Shown here piece after piece: positions 39,501-48,467 of a stretch of 64,000 bases of DNA (position 1 is its first letter; each line of letters begins with the position of its first letter). The position numbers and the translations under genes are program-made. The notes beneath the pieces were generated by a model that had not been told where the DNA came from, did no database searches, and saw nothing but the letters and a program-made list of their open reading frames with translations. The stretch comes from Thermoleophilia bacterium (lineage in GTDB: Bacteria; Actinomycetota; Thermoleophilia; UBA2241): the NCBI GenBank assembly GCA_017882325.1, contig JADGPQ010000001.1, forward strand, positions 541 through 64,540, in the 5' to 3' direction.

Positions 39501-39737
39501 CGCCTGCTCACCGGCACCGGCATGAGGGAGGAGTACCTGAGCACCATCCAGGAGGCCCGGAGGGTGCCGCGCTACGTGCCGCTCGACCGCCTCGAGGAGG
39601 AGGTCCCGCGCGTGGCGGCTGAGCACGTTCCCGCCGACTCACGCGTGAGGAGCTTCGCCGAGGTCGTGCAGACGATCACTGCCGAGGAAGCCTGCTGCGA
39701 GGCTGGTCGCTGTCTGCGCTGCGATCTCGAACACTGA
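36570..39737 (+). CDS. multidomain flavoprotein: N-terminal Trx-like [2Fe-2S] + NuoF-like (FMN/NADH, 4Fe-4S) fused to GltD/NfnB-like FAD/NAD(P)H oxidoreductase
   Basis: NuoF motifs (GRGGGGFPTG, SLAGKLNNTGLVEVP, ESCGKCVPCR) followed by ferredoxin-like Cys clusters and GltD-like VAVVGSGPAGLSCAYQLA dinucleotide fold; 1055 aa; start GTG 36570 or ATG 36588. Confidence 0.8.
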   Translation: MTAVSSMTTDTDALPLPSRRLTSVVALQEYRDVVRARPEAEKTVRVCMDTGCRAGGGENIMRAFERELEHRGLTGSVAVRATGCHGFCARGPVVVVDPEDVFYQMVEPGDVPDIVAQTIVRGEVVSRLTYHSADGCPTARQPEIPFFSGQKRVVLRNCGTIDPTDIDAYIARGGYEALARALEAMPPADVVETVKASGLRGRGGGGFPTGRKWELAAAQQSDKKYVICNADEGDPGAFMDRGLLEGDTHAVIEGMLIGAYAMGADEGYVYCRAEYPGAIKHLRIALDQAEERGLLGNDILGSGVNFHLKVKEGAGAFVCGEETALIASIEGKRGMPRTRPPFPAVSGLWGRPTNINNVETWANVPAIIDRGAEWYRSMGTENSPGTKVFSLAGKLNNTGLVEVPMGVTLRELIFDIGGGITRNRHFKAVQMGGPSGGCLSEQHLDLPIDYDSLRNAGAIMGSGGVIVMDETTCMVDLARFFVNFTQAESCGKCVPCRLGTKRMLEILTRITNGEGTMDDLGRLEKLAQTIKATSLCGLGQTAPNPVLSTLKYFRHEYEAHILDKHCAACQCEGLVKAPCSHTCPAGVDTASYLALVAAGQFKEAMAVHMERNPLPSICGRVCHHPCESMCKRAELDDAVSVAAVKRFMGDIAPSTEIVRPRPLDQGKRVAVVGSGPAGLSCAYQLALAGFPVTMFEALSVAGGMLAVGLPAFRMPKDVVAREIEAIAELGVEIRLGEALGRDFSLDSLLSDGYEAVFLALGTHVSNPLDIENENSPGVLVGLEFLRDVNLDNGASVGDSVVVVGGGSVAMDAARCALRLQAIDGRERDVTLVYRRSRHEMPAYEWEIVEGDEEGLRFEYLAAPARVLLGQDGRVSGLECVRMELGEPDESGRRRPRAVPGSEFVIPCDTIIPAVGLSVDLSWLSGELAVTPRGTIAADRFEFRTSHPKVFAGGDSVRGPSTLIEAIGDGQRAAFAIERLLTGTGMREEYLSTIQEARRVPRYVPLDRLEEEVPRVAAEHVPADSRVRSFAEVVQTITAEEACCEAGRCLRCDLEH

Positions 39738-39789
39738 CGCCTCGGGGCCCAGGATGGTCGGGCGAGCCGGCACGTGAGGCCAACCGTGG

Positions 39790-39830
39790 CGGCGCCCCCG
39801 GGGACCGGCGCCGTCGCGGCCCTTCTTGTT
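39790..39830 (+). terminator. candidate terminator hairpin after the flavoprotein gene
   Basis: CGGCGCC-N10-GGCGCCG 7-bp stem followed by T-rich CCTTCTTGTTCC. Confidence 0.3.
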
Positions 39831-40194
39831 CCCGGTTCATCCGGTGGTGGCCACTCTGGCGGTTGCCGTAACATTCCCTATGCCCTGCGCGACGTGGGCG
39901 TCATCGACTCGGAGAGTCTGGGCGAGCATCTGGCGCACGGCGGCTCGCGCTGTATCACGGCCTACTCGGTGACCACTACGGCGGCGCGCCATCCTCTGGG
40001 CCCCCGGGACGTCTTGCGGCGGGCGCCCACGTCGCGTTCTCGCTCGCATCAAGGCTGACGAGGGGCTGTCTGATTCGGCAACCTTCGAAGACGGCGCATT
40101 GCCGAAACCTACGAAAGTCTTCCGGCTCTTGACATTTTCCGACGCCGGGTATCGAAATAGCCTCACAGAATCGACGCGGACCAGGGGGGTCGAC

Positions 40195-40686
40195 TTGCCG
40201 TTCAGTCTCGACGCGATCGATCGCCAGATCATATCGCTCCTGTTGGAAGACGGCCGCATTTCGTCGGCCGAGATCACACGGCGTATCGGGCACGTTTCCG
40301 AGCGCGCCGTGCGCTACCGCATCGAGCGGCTGGTCCGCACGGGCGTGATCCGCATCAGCGCCATCGTCAATCCTCAGGCGGTGGGGTTCACAGTGATTGG
40401 AGACGTCCTCATCGACGTCGCTCCCGGCAAGCTGCAGGACGTGGCCGCGCAGCTCGTCGAGTTCCCGACTGTCAGCTACGTGGCCGGATCCGTCGGCGAA
40501 GGCGATCTCAGCGTGCAGGTCTACGCTCGCGACACCGAGGAGCTGCTGCGCTTCGTCAATGAAGTCATCGGCAAGGTCCCTGGGGTCACCCGCACCAAGC
40601 TCGCGATGGTGCCGTGGAAGCTCAAGGATGTCTATCAGTGGCATGTGCCTGTGGAGGCCGCCGAAGAAGGGAGGGCGATCGGCTGA
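40195..40686 (+). CDS. Lrp/AsnC family transcriptional regulator
   Basis: AsnC HTH (LDAIDRQIISLLLEDGRISSAEITRRIG) and RAM domain; TTG 40195 start inferred. Confidence 0.75.
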   Translation: MPFSLDAIDRQIISLLLEDGRISSAEITRRIGHVSERAVRYRIERLVRTGVIRISAIVNPQAVGFTVIGDVLIDVAPGKLQDVAAQLVEFPTVSYVAGSVGEGDLSVQVYARDTEELLRFVNEVIGKVPGVTRTKLAMVPWKLKDVYQWHVPVEAAEEGRAIG

Positions 40687-40777
40687 GTCGCTGCCGTTCT
40701 CGTTTGTCGTCTACCATCAACTACGGAACCGCTGGCAGGGGCAGCTCAGCGATACGTTGTGCCAGCAAGGGGGGAAT

Positions 40778-42007
40778 GTGGCTGAAGAACTAGCCTTTGC
40801 TCGTAAGGCCAGCGGCTTGGTCCGCGGCCTTTCTATGTGGGACGCTTTCGCCGTCGGCTTCATGTTCGTCGTGTTCGGCATCAGGATCTTCGCCAAGGTC
40901 CAGAAGGTCGTCATGGTCTTCGGCATCGGCGGGTGCGCCATCATCGGCATCGCGCTCACCGTCACCTCCAGGGCGTCTTTCATGGTGAAGTGGGATGCGT
41001 GGGTCACGGCCAACCACTCGGCCGACCTCATCTACAGCAAGTTCCCCGCCGTCGTCGCCAAGGCTGCCAGCGTGCCGATCATCCCTATCACCTGGAACTG
41101 GGCCGACACCCTCGGCGTGATGGTCGCCATGTCGTGGCTCTTTGCCTACGCGTACTCGATCTCGTTCATCGCCGGCGAGGTCAAGCGCCCCGACAAGACC
41201 ATCATCATGTCCAACCTGTTCGCGATCCTGGTGCCGGCCGCGTTCATGCTCTGGATCGGCGCCGCGATGTACCACTCGATCGGCTTCCAGTTCTTGTCCG
41301 CGTCAGGCTACGCGGACAACAACGGCATCGACGCCATCGCCAACCTGCCGTGGTCCACGCACTTCGTCGGCCTCGCGGCCGTCATGGCGGGCGGCAGCGC
41401 TTTCGGCAAGTTCATCAGCGCGATCATGGGCCTTTCGTACGTGGCCTTCACCCTGTGGTGGATCGCCCTTTCGTACCTGGCCTTCCCGCGCATCCTTTTC
41501 GCCTGGGGCATGGACCGTATGGGCCCGAAGTGGTTCACGGACATCAATCCCCGCTTCGCATCGCCCGTGAAGAACCACCTTCTGTGCTTCGTCCTCGGCG
41601 AGGCTCTCCTGGCCCTGTACTTCTTCAAGTTCAACAGCACCATGCAGAACATCACCGTGACGGGCATGCAGATCACCTCCGTGTTCGCGGTCACGGCTCT
41701 CGCTGCGGTCCTGTTCCCGTATATGAAGCGCTCCAAGGGTGTGTGGGACTCCTCGCCCTACAAGACGTGGAGGTTCCTGGGGCTGCCGATGGTCGTCTGG
41801 GGCGGTGCCGTCAACCTCGTCTATCTTGCCCTGCTCATGTACGAGTTCGTCTTCAAGAAGGCGGCCGGCGCCTTCACGACGGGCTCCACGATCCTCTTTG
41901 GGTTGGTGTGGGTGTTGGGCATCATCTGGTACTTCTTCTGGAAACAGCGCAGCAGGAGCGTGGGCGTCGACGTGTCGATGACCTACGGCGAGTTGCCGCC
42001 TGAATAA
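40778..42007 (+). CDS. APC-superfamily amino acid permease
   Basis: RGLSMWDAFAVGFMFV TM1-like motif, about 11 TM segments; GTG 40778 with AAGGGGGG RBS; GC lower than flanks. Confidence 0.6.
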   Translation: MAEELAFARKASGLVRGLSMWDAFAVGFMFVVFGIRIFAKVQKVVMVFGIGGCAIIGIALTVTSRASFMVKWDAWVTANHSADLIYSKFPAVVAKAASVPIIPITWNWADTLGVMVAMSWLFAYAYSISFIAGEVKRPDKTIIMSNLFAILVPAAFMLWIGAAMYHSIGFQFLSASGYADNNGIDAIANLPWSTHFVGLAAVMAGGSAFGKFISAIMGLSYVAFTLWWIALSYLAFPRILFAWGMDRMGPKWFTDINPRFASPVKNHLLCFVLGEALLALYFFKFNSTMQNITVTGMQITSVFAVTALAAVLFPYMKRSKGVWDSSPYKTWRFLGLPMVVWGGAVNLVYLALLMYEFVFKKAAGAFTTGSTILFGLVWVLGIIWYFFWKQRSRSVGVDVSMTYGELPPE

Positions 42008-42071
42008 TGTAGCAGTACCGTAAGGGGCGGGAGCTCCCGCTCCCGCCCCTTCCTGTCCCTGGAGTGTGCAG

Positions 42072-43004
42072 ATGAGCAAGCTATTCTTCGTCACAGACAT
42101 TCATGGCTCCAATGTGTGCTACCGCAAGTTCCTCAACGCGCTCCCGATCTACGGCGCCGACGTCGCAGTCCTCATGGGTGACCTCACCGGCAAGGTCCTC
42201 GTGCCCCTCGTCGAGAAGGGTAACGACACCTGGGAGTGCACCCTCATGGGGCAGCACCGTGACGTGACCACCAAGGACGAGCTCGCCGACATCAAGAAGA
42301 TCATCGAGAACGCCGGCTATTACTGGGTCCACCAGACGCGCGAGGAGTTCGAGGACACGCGCAGCGACCCCGCGAAGATCGATGCGCTGTTCAAGAGCCT
42401 CGTCTTTACGCGCGTGCAGGAGTGGCTCGACCTCGCCGACGAGCGCCTCGAGGGCAAGCCGTTCCAGATGTACATGTGCCCGGGCAACGACGACTGGTTC
42501 GTCATCGATGACATGATCGACAACGCCAAGCTCGTGCACCCCTGCGACAAGCGCGTCGTGCAGATCGACAACCACGAGATGGTGACGTCGTCGGCTTCAA
42601 ACCCCACCCCATGGGATACGCCTCGAGAGATGAGCGAGGAGGACCTCGAGACGCACTACCGCGGCCTCGTCTCGCAGATCAAGAACCAGGAGACGGCGAT
42701 CTACAATTTCCACGTGCCGCCGCACGGCTACTCGCTGGACCTATGCCCCAAGCTCGACGAGAACCTCACGATGGCTGCCGAAGAGAAGATCCACGCCGGC
42801 AGCATCGGCGCCAAGAAGGTCATCGAGGAGTATCAGCCGCTGCTTGGCACCTTCGGCCACATCCACGAGTCGCGCGGCGCTCAGAAGGCCGGTCGCACGC
42901 TGCTCATCAACCCGGGCAGCGAGTACTCCGAAGGCATCCTCAAGGGCGTGATCATCATTCTCGACAAGAAGAAGGTGAAGGACTACGTCTTCACGTCCGG
43001 TTGA
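42072..43004 (+). CDS. metallophosphoesterase (calcineurin-like phosphoesterase)
   Basis: FFVTDIHGS motif I and MGDLTGK motif II of MPP superfamily; about 60% GC. Confidence 0.7.
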   Translation: MSKLFFVTDIHGSNVCYRKFLNALPIYGADVAVLMGDLTGKVLVPLVEKGNDTWECTLMGQHRDVTTKDELADIKKIIENAGYYWVHQTREEFEDTRSDPAKIDALFKSLVFTRVQEWLDLADERLEGKPFQMYMCPGNDDWFVIDDMIDNAKLVHPCDKRVVQIDNHEMVTSSASNPTPWDTPREMSEEDLETHYRGLVSQIKNQETAIYNFHVPPHGYSLDLCPKLDENLTMAAEEKIHAGSIGAKKVIEEYQPLLGTFGHIHESRGAQKAGRTLLINPGSEYSEGILKGVIIILDKKKVKDYVFTSG

Positions 43005-43059
43005 TCGGCGCGTAGACTACGGGCTTCATCGAGACGCCGATCCCGAAAGGGGGCGATAG

Positions 43060-43866
43060 ATGGGTCAGTTCATCCTGCCCAAGGATATCCCGCTCGACCG
43101 CTATCCCAAGCCCGAGGTCTTTCTGAGCGAGGGCAAGCGGATCGCCGAGGCGGCACAGCAGCAGGGCATCGTCATGCGCGTCATGGGTCCGCTGGCGCTG
43201 CACTATTACTTCCCCGACCAGATCGACCTGTACGCCAGGCTCGAGCGCCTCGGAGACCGCTACTTCACCGATATCGACTATGCGACCTACGGCAAGACGC
43301 GCAAGCATCTGGTGAAGTTCATGGAGTCGGTCGGCTACGAGTGCGACCTGCAGACCATGGCCATGACCGGCACGACCCGCCACATCTACTTCGGCGGGGC
43401 GGTGCCCATGATCGACGTCTTCATCGACAAGCTCGACTACTGCCACGAGGTCAACTACGATGGCCGGCTCGAGTCTGACCCGTGGAGCGTTTCGCTGGCC
43501 GACATCCTGCTGCAGAAGCTGCAGATCTGGGAGATCAACGATAAGGACCTCAAGGACATCGAGTACCTGTTCACGGTCGCCGACTTCGGCGAGGACGACG
43601 CCAAGAAGGTCAACGAGGGCTACATCGCCCGGCGCTTCGCCGACGACTGGGGCTTCTGGTACACCGGTACCACGAACCTCGATCGCGTGAAGGAGCATGT
43701 GGGCAACGTCGACGCCCTCAGCGACGACCAGAAGGCCAAGATCAGGCAGGTCGCCGACGAGGTGCGGGCGCGCATCGATCGGGAGCCCAAGACCAAGAAG
43801 TGGGAGAAGCGCGCCAAGAAGGGCACCAAGAAGATCTGGTACAACACCGGCTTCTCCGACTGGTGA
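43060..43866 (+). CDS. hypothetical protein (Lys-rich C-terminus; function unknown)
   Basis: 268-aa ORF with good coding periodicity and start context; no family recognised; about 60% GC. Confidence 0.45.
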   Translation: MGQFILPKDIPLDRYPKPEVFLSEGKRIAEAAQQQGIVMRVMGPLALHYYFPDQIDLYARLERLGDRYFTDIDYATYGKTRKHLVKFMESVGYECDLQTMAMTGTTRHIYFGGAVPMIDVFIDKLDYCHEVNYDGRLESDPWSVSLADILLQKLQIWEINDKDLKDIEYLFTVADFGEDDAKKVNEGYIARRFADDWGFWYTGTTNLDRVKEHVGNVDALSDDQKAKIRQVADEVRARIDREPKTKKWEKRAKKGTKKIWYNTGFSDW

Positions 43867-43922
43867 TCCCGCCGGCGCGGCGCCGCGGGACGCGGCCGCC
43901 GTCGCCGCCACGCAGCAACGAA

Positions 43923-43961
43923 CGCGAGGGCCGGGGCGCCATGGGCTCCCCGGCCCTCGCG
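43923..43961. terminator. perfect 14-bp GC-rich hairpin between convergent genes (bidirectional terminator candidate, no U-tract)
   Basis: CGCGAGGGCCGGGG-cgccatgggct-CCCCGGCCCTCGCG. Confidence 0.5.
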
Positions 43962-44020
43962 TCGCGTACGGCGCGTGCCCGGCGGCCACCGCAAACGGCG
44001 CCGCCGGGAGGGTGCGCGGT

Positions 44021-45412
44021 TCAGTGCGCGACCAGCTCTCCCTGACTGGCGAGCGCACGCACGCCGGCGAGCGTCGCGTCGAGACGTTCGAGTACCTGGT
44101 CCATTTGCTTCTGAGTGATCACGGCCGGCGGCTGCATGCGCAGGGTGAGGGAGTTGAACAGCGTCCCCCCGATGAGCACCCCGCGGCTGAAGAGGCCCCG
44201 GCTCACGGCGTAGCCGATGTCGGAGTTCCTGAACTGCATGCCGATGAGCACGCCGACGCCGCGGACCTCCTCGAGAAGGTCGTCGTAGACGCCGGCGAGC
44301 TCGGAGAGCTTGCTCTTGAGGTACGCGCCCTTCACGGCCGCCTGGCCGGGGATGTCTTCTTCCAGGGTGGCGTGAAGGGCGCCGATGGCGGCCGCGGTCG
44401 CCATGGGGTTGCCGCCGAAGGTGGTGGTGTGGATGTACGGGTTCTCGTACATCGTCGAGAACACCTCTTCGGTGGCGATGAAGTTGCCGATCGGGATGAC
44501 CGCGCCGCCGAGGGCCTTGCCCATCGTCATGATGTCCGGGGCCACGCCCGAGTGCTCCATGCCCCAGAGCTTGCCCGTGCGACCCATGCCCGTCTGCACT
44601 TCGTCGGCGATGAGGAGGATGCCCCACCTGTCACAGATCTCGCGCACCTTGGGGAAGTAGTCGTCGGGCGGGACGATGGCGCCCGCCTCGCCCTGCACGG
44701 GCTCGACGATGAAGGCGGCGATGTCGAAGCCCACGGCGTCGCAGATGCCGAGCTGCTTGTCGAGGGCCTCGGCGTCGCCGTACGGGACGAAACGGACTCC
44801 GGACATGAGCGGGTAGAAGGGTTCGCGAAACTCGCCCTTGCCGCTCACGCTCAGGGAGCCGAACGACTTGCCGTGGAAGCCGCGCGTCGTGGCGATCATG
44901 CCGAGCGTGTGGTTCGCCTTCTTGCGGCGCGCCCAGAGCTTGGCGAGCTTCATCGCGCCTTCGTTGGCCTCGGTGCCCGAGTTGCAGAAGAACGAGTATT
45001 GCAGATCGCCGGGTGTGACCATGGCGAGCAGGTGGCTAAGGTAGCCGCGCATGGGATCCAGCAGCTCCTGCGAGTGCAGCGCCTGGTGCTCGAGCTGATC
45101 GCGCACAGCCTTGACCACGGTGGGGTGCCGGTGCCCCAGCATGTAGATGCCGAAGCCTCCGAGGCAATCGATGAATTTCTTGCCGTGGATGTCGTAGCAC
45201 ACGGAACCTTCGTCGCGCCATTCGACCGACGTGTAGTCGCTCGACACCGACTTGCGGTACTCGAGGATTCCGGGGTTGACGTAGCGATCGAAGTTCGTCA
45301 CGCAGTCGTCGACGACAGCTTGCTGTTCGGTCGCCGTGAGCACGGATTTCGCCATGAGATCGAGCGCCTTGCGCGATTCTCGTAACGCCTCATCCTTGAG
45401 CTTGTCCTGCAT
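44021..45412 (-). CDS. patA: putrescine aminotransferase-like class III PLP aminotransferase (YgjG/PatA-like)
   Basis: very close to E. coli YgjG over full length (FIDCLGGFGI, HSQELLDP, FFCNSGTE, DEVQTGMGRTGK, HTTTFGGNP); ATG 45412. Confidence 0.8.
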   Translation of the reverse strand: MQDKLKDEALRESRKALDLMAKSVLTATEQQAVVDDCVTNFDRYVNPGILEYRKSVSSDYTSVEWRDEGSVCYDIHGKKFIDCLGGFGIYMLGHRHPTVVKAVRDQLEHQALHSQELLDPMRGYLSHLLAMVTPGDLQYSFFCNSGTEANEGAMKLAKLWARRKKANHTLGMIATTRGFHGKSFGSLSVSGKGEFREPFYPLMSGVRFVPYGDAEALDKQLGICDAVGFDIAAFIVEPVQGEAGAIVPPDDYFPKVREICDRWGILLIADEVQTGMGRTGKLWGMEHSGVAPDIMTMGKALGGAVIPIGNFIATEEVFSTMYENPYIHTTTFGGNPMATAAAIGALHATLEEDIPGQAAVKGAYLKSKLSELAGVYDDLLEEVRGVGVLIGMQFRNSDIGYAVSRGLFSRGVLIGGTLFNSLTLRMQPPAVITQKQMDQVLERLDATLAGVRALASQGELVAH

Positions 45413-45599
45413 CCGTTCCCCCAGTCCTGTGCCTCGCACGACGAGCTTTTGTTCTGATTTGCGGTATAGTTCGTACAGCCGACCGAATCACGAGATCACT
45501 CTACCGCGAGATCCGCAACCGCGCAATGCCTCCGCGAGGCGGTCGCCGTCCCGAGCCGGCGGCCACTGCGGTGGTAGTGCGGGACAGGGAGAGGACGAG

Positions 45600-46217
45600 A
45601 TGTCGCCGGACCAGGACAGAATGACCGTCGACCCTACGGCGCAGCTGTCGCCGACGGCGCGGCGCCTCGTGGCGGCTGCGCGCACGCTTCTGGCGCGCGG
45701 CGGCTTCGAGGCGCTCACGGTCGAGGGCGTCGCCGCGGAGGCAGGCGCCTATCGCGACTCCGTGCGCTACTACTTCGGCAGCAAGGCGGCGTTCATCGCC
45801 GCCGTGGTCGACTCTCTGGCGCACGACCAGAGCATGGCCACCGTGGCGGAGACTCTGGCGCACCCGGCGGGGGAGGAGCGCGTGCACGCCTTGGTCGCCG
45901 GCGACCGGCAGCTCGTGGAAGACCGCGACTCCTTTCGCGATTTCTTCGCGATCTTCCCGCATGTGCTTCTCGACGAAGAGCTGCGTTCGCGGGTCGCCGC
46001 ACTCTACGACTGGTATCGCGACCTTTACGCGGCCAGTATGGGAGGGGCCGGGGCCGAAGACGACGCGCGCTTGCGCGGTCTCGCCTCCCTGATGGTCGCC
46101 ATGGCCGACGGGCTCGCCGTCCAGAAGCTCCTTGACCCCGACGGCGTGGCGCTCGAGTTCCTGTTTGGCCTGTGGGAGGAGATCCTGCGTCGCGCGTTCC
46201 CGGGGACGGCCGAGTGA
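45600..46217 (+). CDS. TetR/AcrR family transcriptional regulator
   Basis: N-terminal TetR HTH (FEALTVEGVAAEAGAYRDSVRYYFGSKAA); divergent from patA. Confidence 0.75.
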   Translation: MSPDQDRMTVDPTAQLSPTARRLVAAARTLLARGGFEALTVEGVAAEAGAYRDSVRYYFGSKAAFIAAVVDSLAHDQSMATVAETLAHPAGEERVHALVAGDRQLVEDRDSFRDFFAIFPHVLLDEELRSRVAALYDWYRDLYAASMGGAGAEDDARLRGLASLMVAMADGLAVQKLLDPDGVALEFLFGLWEEILRRAFPGTAE

Positions 46218-46282
46218 AGACGCTCATTTACAGCACCTGAAGCGTGATGTACGCTCGCCGCGCGTGTGCGGCGCCGCATGGG

Positions 46283-46319
46283 GGGCTCCGCCGGCCGCAA
46301 GGCCAGCACGAGGTTTTTT
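46283..46319 (+). terminator. GC-rich stem followed by TTTTTT (terminator of tetR or attenuator in cspA leader)
   Basis: GGCCGCAAGGCC-containing stem region then GGTTTTTTCG; T6 tract is rare at this GC. Confidence 0.3.
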
Positions 46320-46336
46320 CGTAGGAGGGTGTCGCC

Positions 46337-46540
46337 GTGGCGCAAGGGTCTGTGAAGTGGTTCAGCAACGAGAAGGGGTACGGTTTCATCGAACGGGAGG
46401 ATGGTGACGACCTGTTCGTGCACTACTCCGAGATCACCATGGACGGCTACAAGACGCTGGTCCAGGGGCAGAGGGTGGAGTTCGAGATCACTGAGGGCGA
46501 CAAAGGGCTCCAGGCTTCTACGGTACGGCCCGTCGCCTGA
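46337..46540 (+). CDS. cspA: cold-shock protein (CspA family)
   Basis: [18 protein letters not shown]1 and VHYSEI RNP2 motifs; GTG start, AGGAGGG RBS. Confidence 0.95.
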   Translation: MAQGSVKWFSNEKGYGFIEREDGDDLFVHYSEITMDGYKTLVQGQRVEFEITEGDKGLQASTVRPVA

Positions 46541-46668
46541 CGCGCGCGTGCGCTGAGAAGGGGCCCGCCGGCTGGCGCAGCCGGCGGGCCCCTTTTCTTG
46601 TCCCTCCTGTATGGCAGGAGTAATATAGCCGTCCCGCTTTTTGCGGCCCGTCGCAGGAGGAACACACC

Positions 46669-46950
46669 ATGATCGGTGAAGACGACGTCCGCTACGTCGC
46701 GAAACTCGCCCGCCTGCGTCTCGACCCGGACGAGGTCGCCCGCATGGCCGCCGAGTTGGCCAAGATCCTCGCTCACATCGGCAAAATGAGCGAGCTCGAC
46801 ATGACCGGCGTACCGCCCACCGCCCACGTTCTCGACGTGGTGAACGTGACGCGCCCCGACAAACCGCGGCCGAGCCTCTCGCGCGCGGACGCCCTCCGCA
46901 ACGCGCCGGCCGTGAGTGACGACTGCTTCCGCGTGCCGAGGATGGGCTGA
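46669..46950 (+). CDS. gatC: Asp-tRNA(Asn)/Glu-tRNA(Gln) amidotransferase subunit C
   Basis: VRYVAKLARLRLDPDEVARMAAELAKIL GatC hallmark. Confidence 0.9.
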   Translation: MIGEDDVRYVAKLARLRLDPDEVARMAAELAKILAHIGKMSELDMTGVPPTAHVLDVVNVTRPDKPRPSLSRADALRNAPAVSDDCFRVPRMG

Positions 46951-46952
46951 CG

Positions 46953-48467
46953 GTGCCTGCGCTGGACCCGCTGCGGCTGACCGCCCGTGTCGCCAAGCGC
47001 CTGCTCGTCGACGGCGAGATCTCGTCGGCCGAACTGACCAAGGTCTACCTCGACCAGATCGCCGCTGTTGAGGGTCACGTGCGCGCCTACATCCGCGTGA
47101 CCTACGACAACGCCGCCAAGTACTCGACCAAGGTCGACCGCGAGATGCAGGCCATGCGCGGCCCACTCGCCGGCCTGCCCATCGCCATCAAGGACAACAT
47201 GGTCACGGAAGGCGTCACGACAACCTGTGCCTCCCGGATCCTGCACGACTACATGCCCGTGTACACGGCGACCGCCGTCCGCCAGGTGTGGGACGACCAC
47301 GTCGTGATGCTCGGCAAGACCAACCTCGACGAGTTTGCCATGGGCTCTTCCACAGAGAACTCGTCGTACCAGACGACGCGCAACCCCTGGGACCTGGCCA
47401 CAGTGCCCGGCGGCTCCAGCGGTGGCTCCGCTGCCGCCGTCGCCGCCGGCGAAGCGCTGTGGGCCCTCGGTAGCGACACCGGCGGATCCATCCGCCAGCC
47501 GGCGGCGCTCTGCGGCACCGTCGGCATGAAGCCCACCTATGGCGCCGTGAGCCGCTATGGGCTTGTGGCGTTCGCCAGCTCGCTCGACCAGATCGGGCCT
47601 CTCACTCGCTCGGTGTACGATTGCGCCCTCCTGCTGCAGCACATCGTCGGCTATGACCCCAACGACGCCACCAGCGTCGCGCTCCCCGAGCCCGTCGCGC
47701 TTCCGGACGCGGAGCGGCTTGACGGCCTGCGCGTGGGCATCCCCGCGGAGTACCTTGCTGTCGGCATCGAGCCGGGCGTGCGCGCCCGCTTCGACGAGAC
47801 GATCGCGCGCGTCGAAGAGCTGGGCGGCAACTGCGTCGAGATCAGCCTGCCCCACACGGAGTATGCGCTGCCCGCCTACTACATCATCGCTCCGGCCGAG
47901 GCGAGCGCGAATCTCGCGCGCTTCGATGGCGTCCGCTACGGCTACCGCTGCGCCGACCCGGTCGACCTGCTCGACATGTACGAGCGCACACGCGGCGAGG
48001 GCTTCGGACCCGAGGTCAAACGGCGCATCGTGATCGGCACGTACGCGCTTTCGGCCGGCTACTACGATGCCTACTACGGTCGCGCCCAGAAGGTGCGCAC
48101 GCTCGTGCGCCGCGACTTCGAGCGGGCTTTCGCCGACGTCGACCTCATCGCCTCGCCGACGTCGCCTTCGGTGGCGTTCAAGGCCGGTTCACGCACGGCC
48201 GACCCGCTCTCGATGTATATGTGCGACATCTGCACCATCCCAGTGAACCTCGCGGGCCTGCCCGCCATCAGCATCCCCTGCGGGCTCAGCGACGGGCTCC
48301 CGGTGGGCTTCCAGCTCATCGGACCCGCGTTCAGCGAGAACCGCATCCTGCAGGCCGCACACGCGCTGGAGGGCGCCATCGGCTTCGCACCGGCGCCCAC
48401 CTTCTGCGACTCGGGCGCCGACGCAGCCTGCCTCGGCGCGCACGCCGGGACGGAGGCGCAGGAATGA
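46953..48467 (+). CDS. gatA: Asp-tRNA(Asn)/Glu-tRNA(Gln) amidotransferase subunit A
   Basis: amidase signature (GGSSGGSAAAVAAG) and full-length GatA similarity. Confidence 0.95.
   Translation: MPALDPLRLTARVAKRLLVDGEISSAELTKVYLDQIAAVEGHVRAYIRVTYDNAAKYSTKVDREMQAMRGPLAGLPIAIKDNMVTEGVTTTCASRILHDYMPVYTATAVRQVWDDHVVMLGKTNLDEFAMGSSTENSSYQTTRNPWDLATVPGGSSGGSAAAVAAGEALWALGSDTGGSIRQPAALCGTVGMKPTYGAVSRYGLVAFASSLDQIGPLTRSVYDCALLLQHIVGYDPNDATSVALPEPVALPDAERLDGLRVGIPAEYLAVGIEPGVRARFDETIARVEELGGNCVEISLPHTEYALPAYYIIAPAEASANLARFDGVRYGYRCADPVDLLDMYERTRGEGFGPEVKRRIVIGTYALSAGYYDAYYGRAQKVRTLVRRDFERAFADVDLIASPTSPSVAFKAGSRTADPLSMYMCDICTIPVNLAGLPAISIPCGLSDGLPVGFQLIGPAFSENRILQAAHALEGAIGFAPAPTFCDSGADAACLGAHAGTEAQE

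Noticed and set aside
39774-40277. ORFs 39774-40058 (+) and 39837-40277 (-) in the gap after the flavoprotein gene
   Set aside because: No domain, no RBS context, and the two overlap each other. They are treated as non-coding or remnant sequence.
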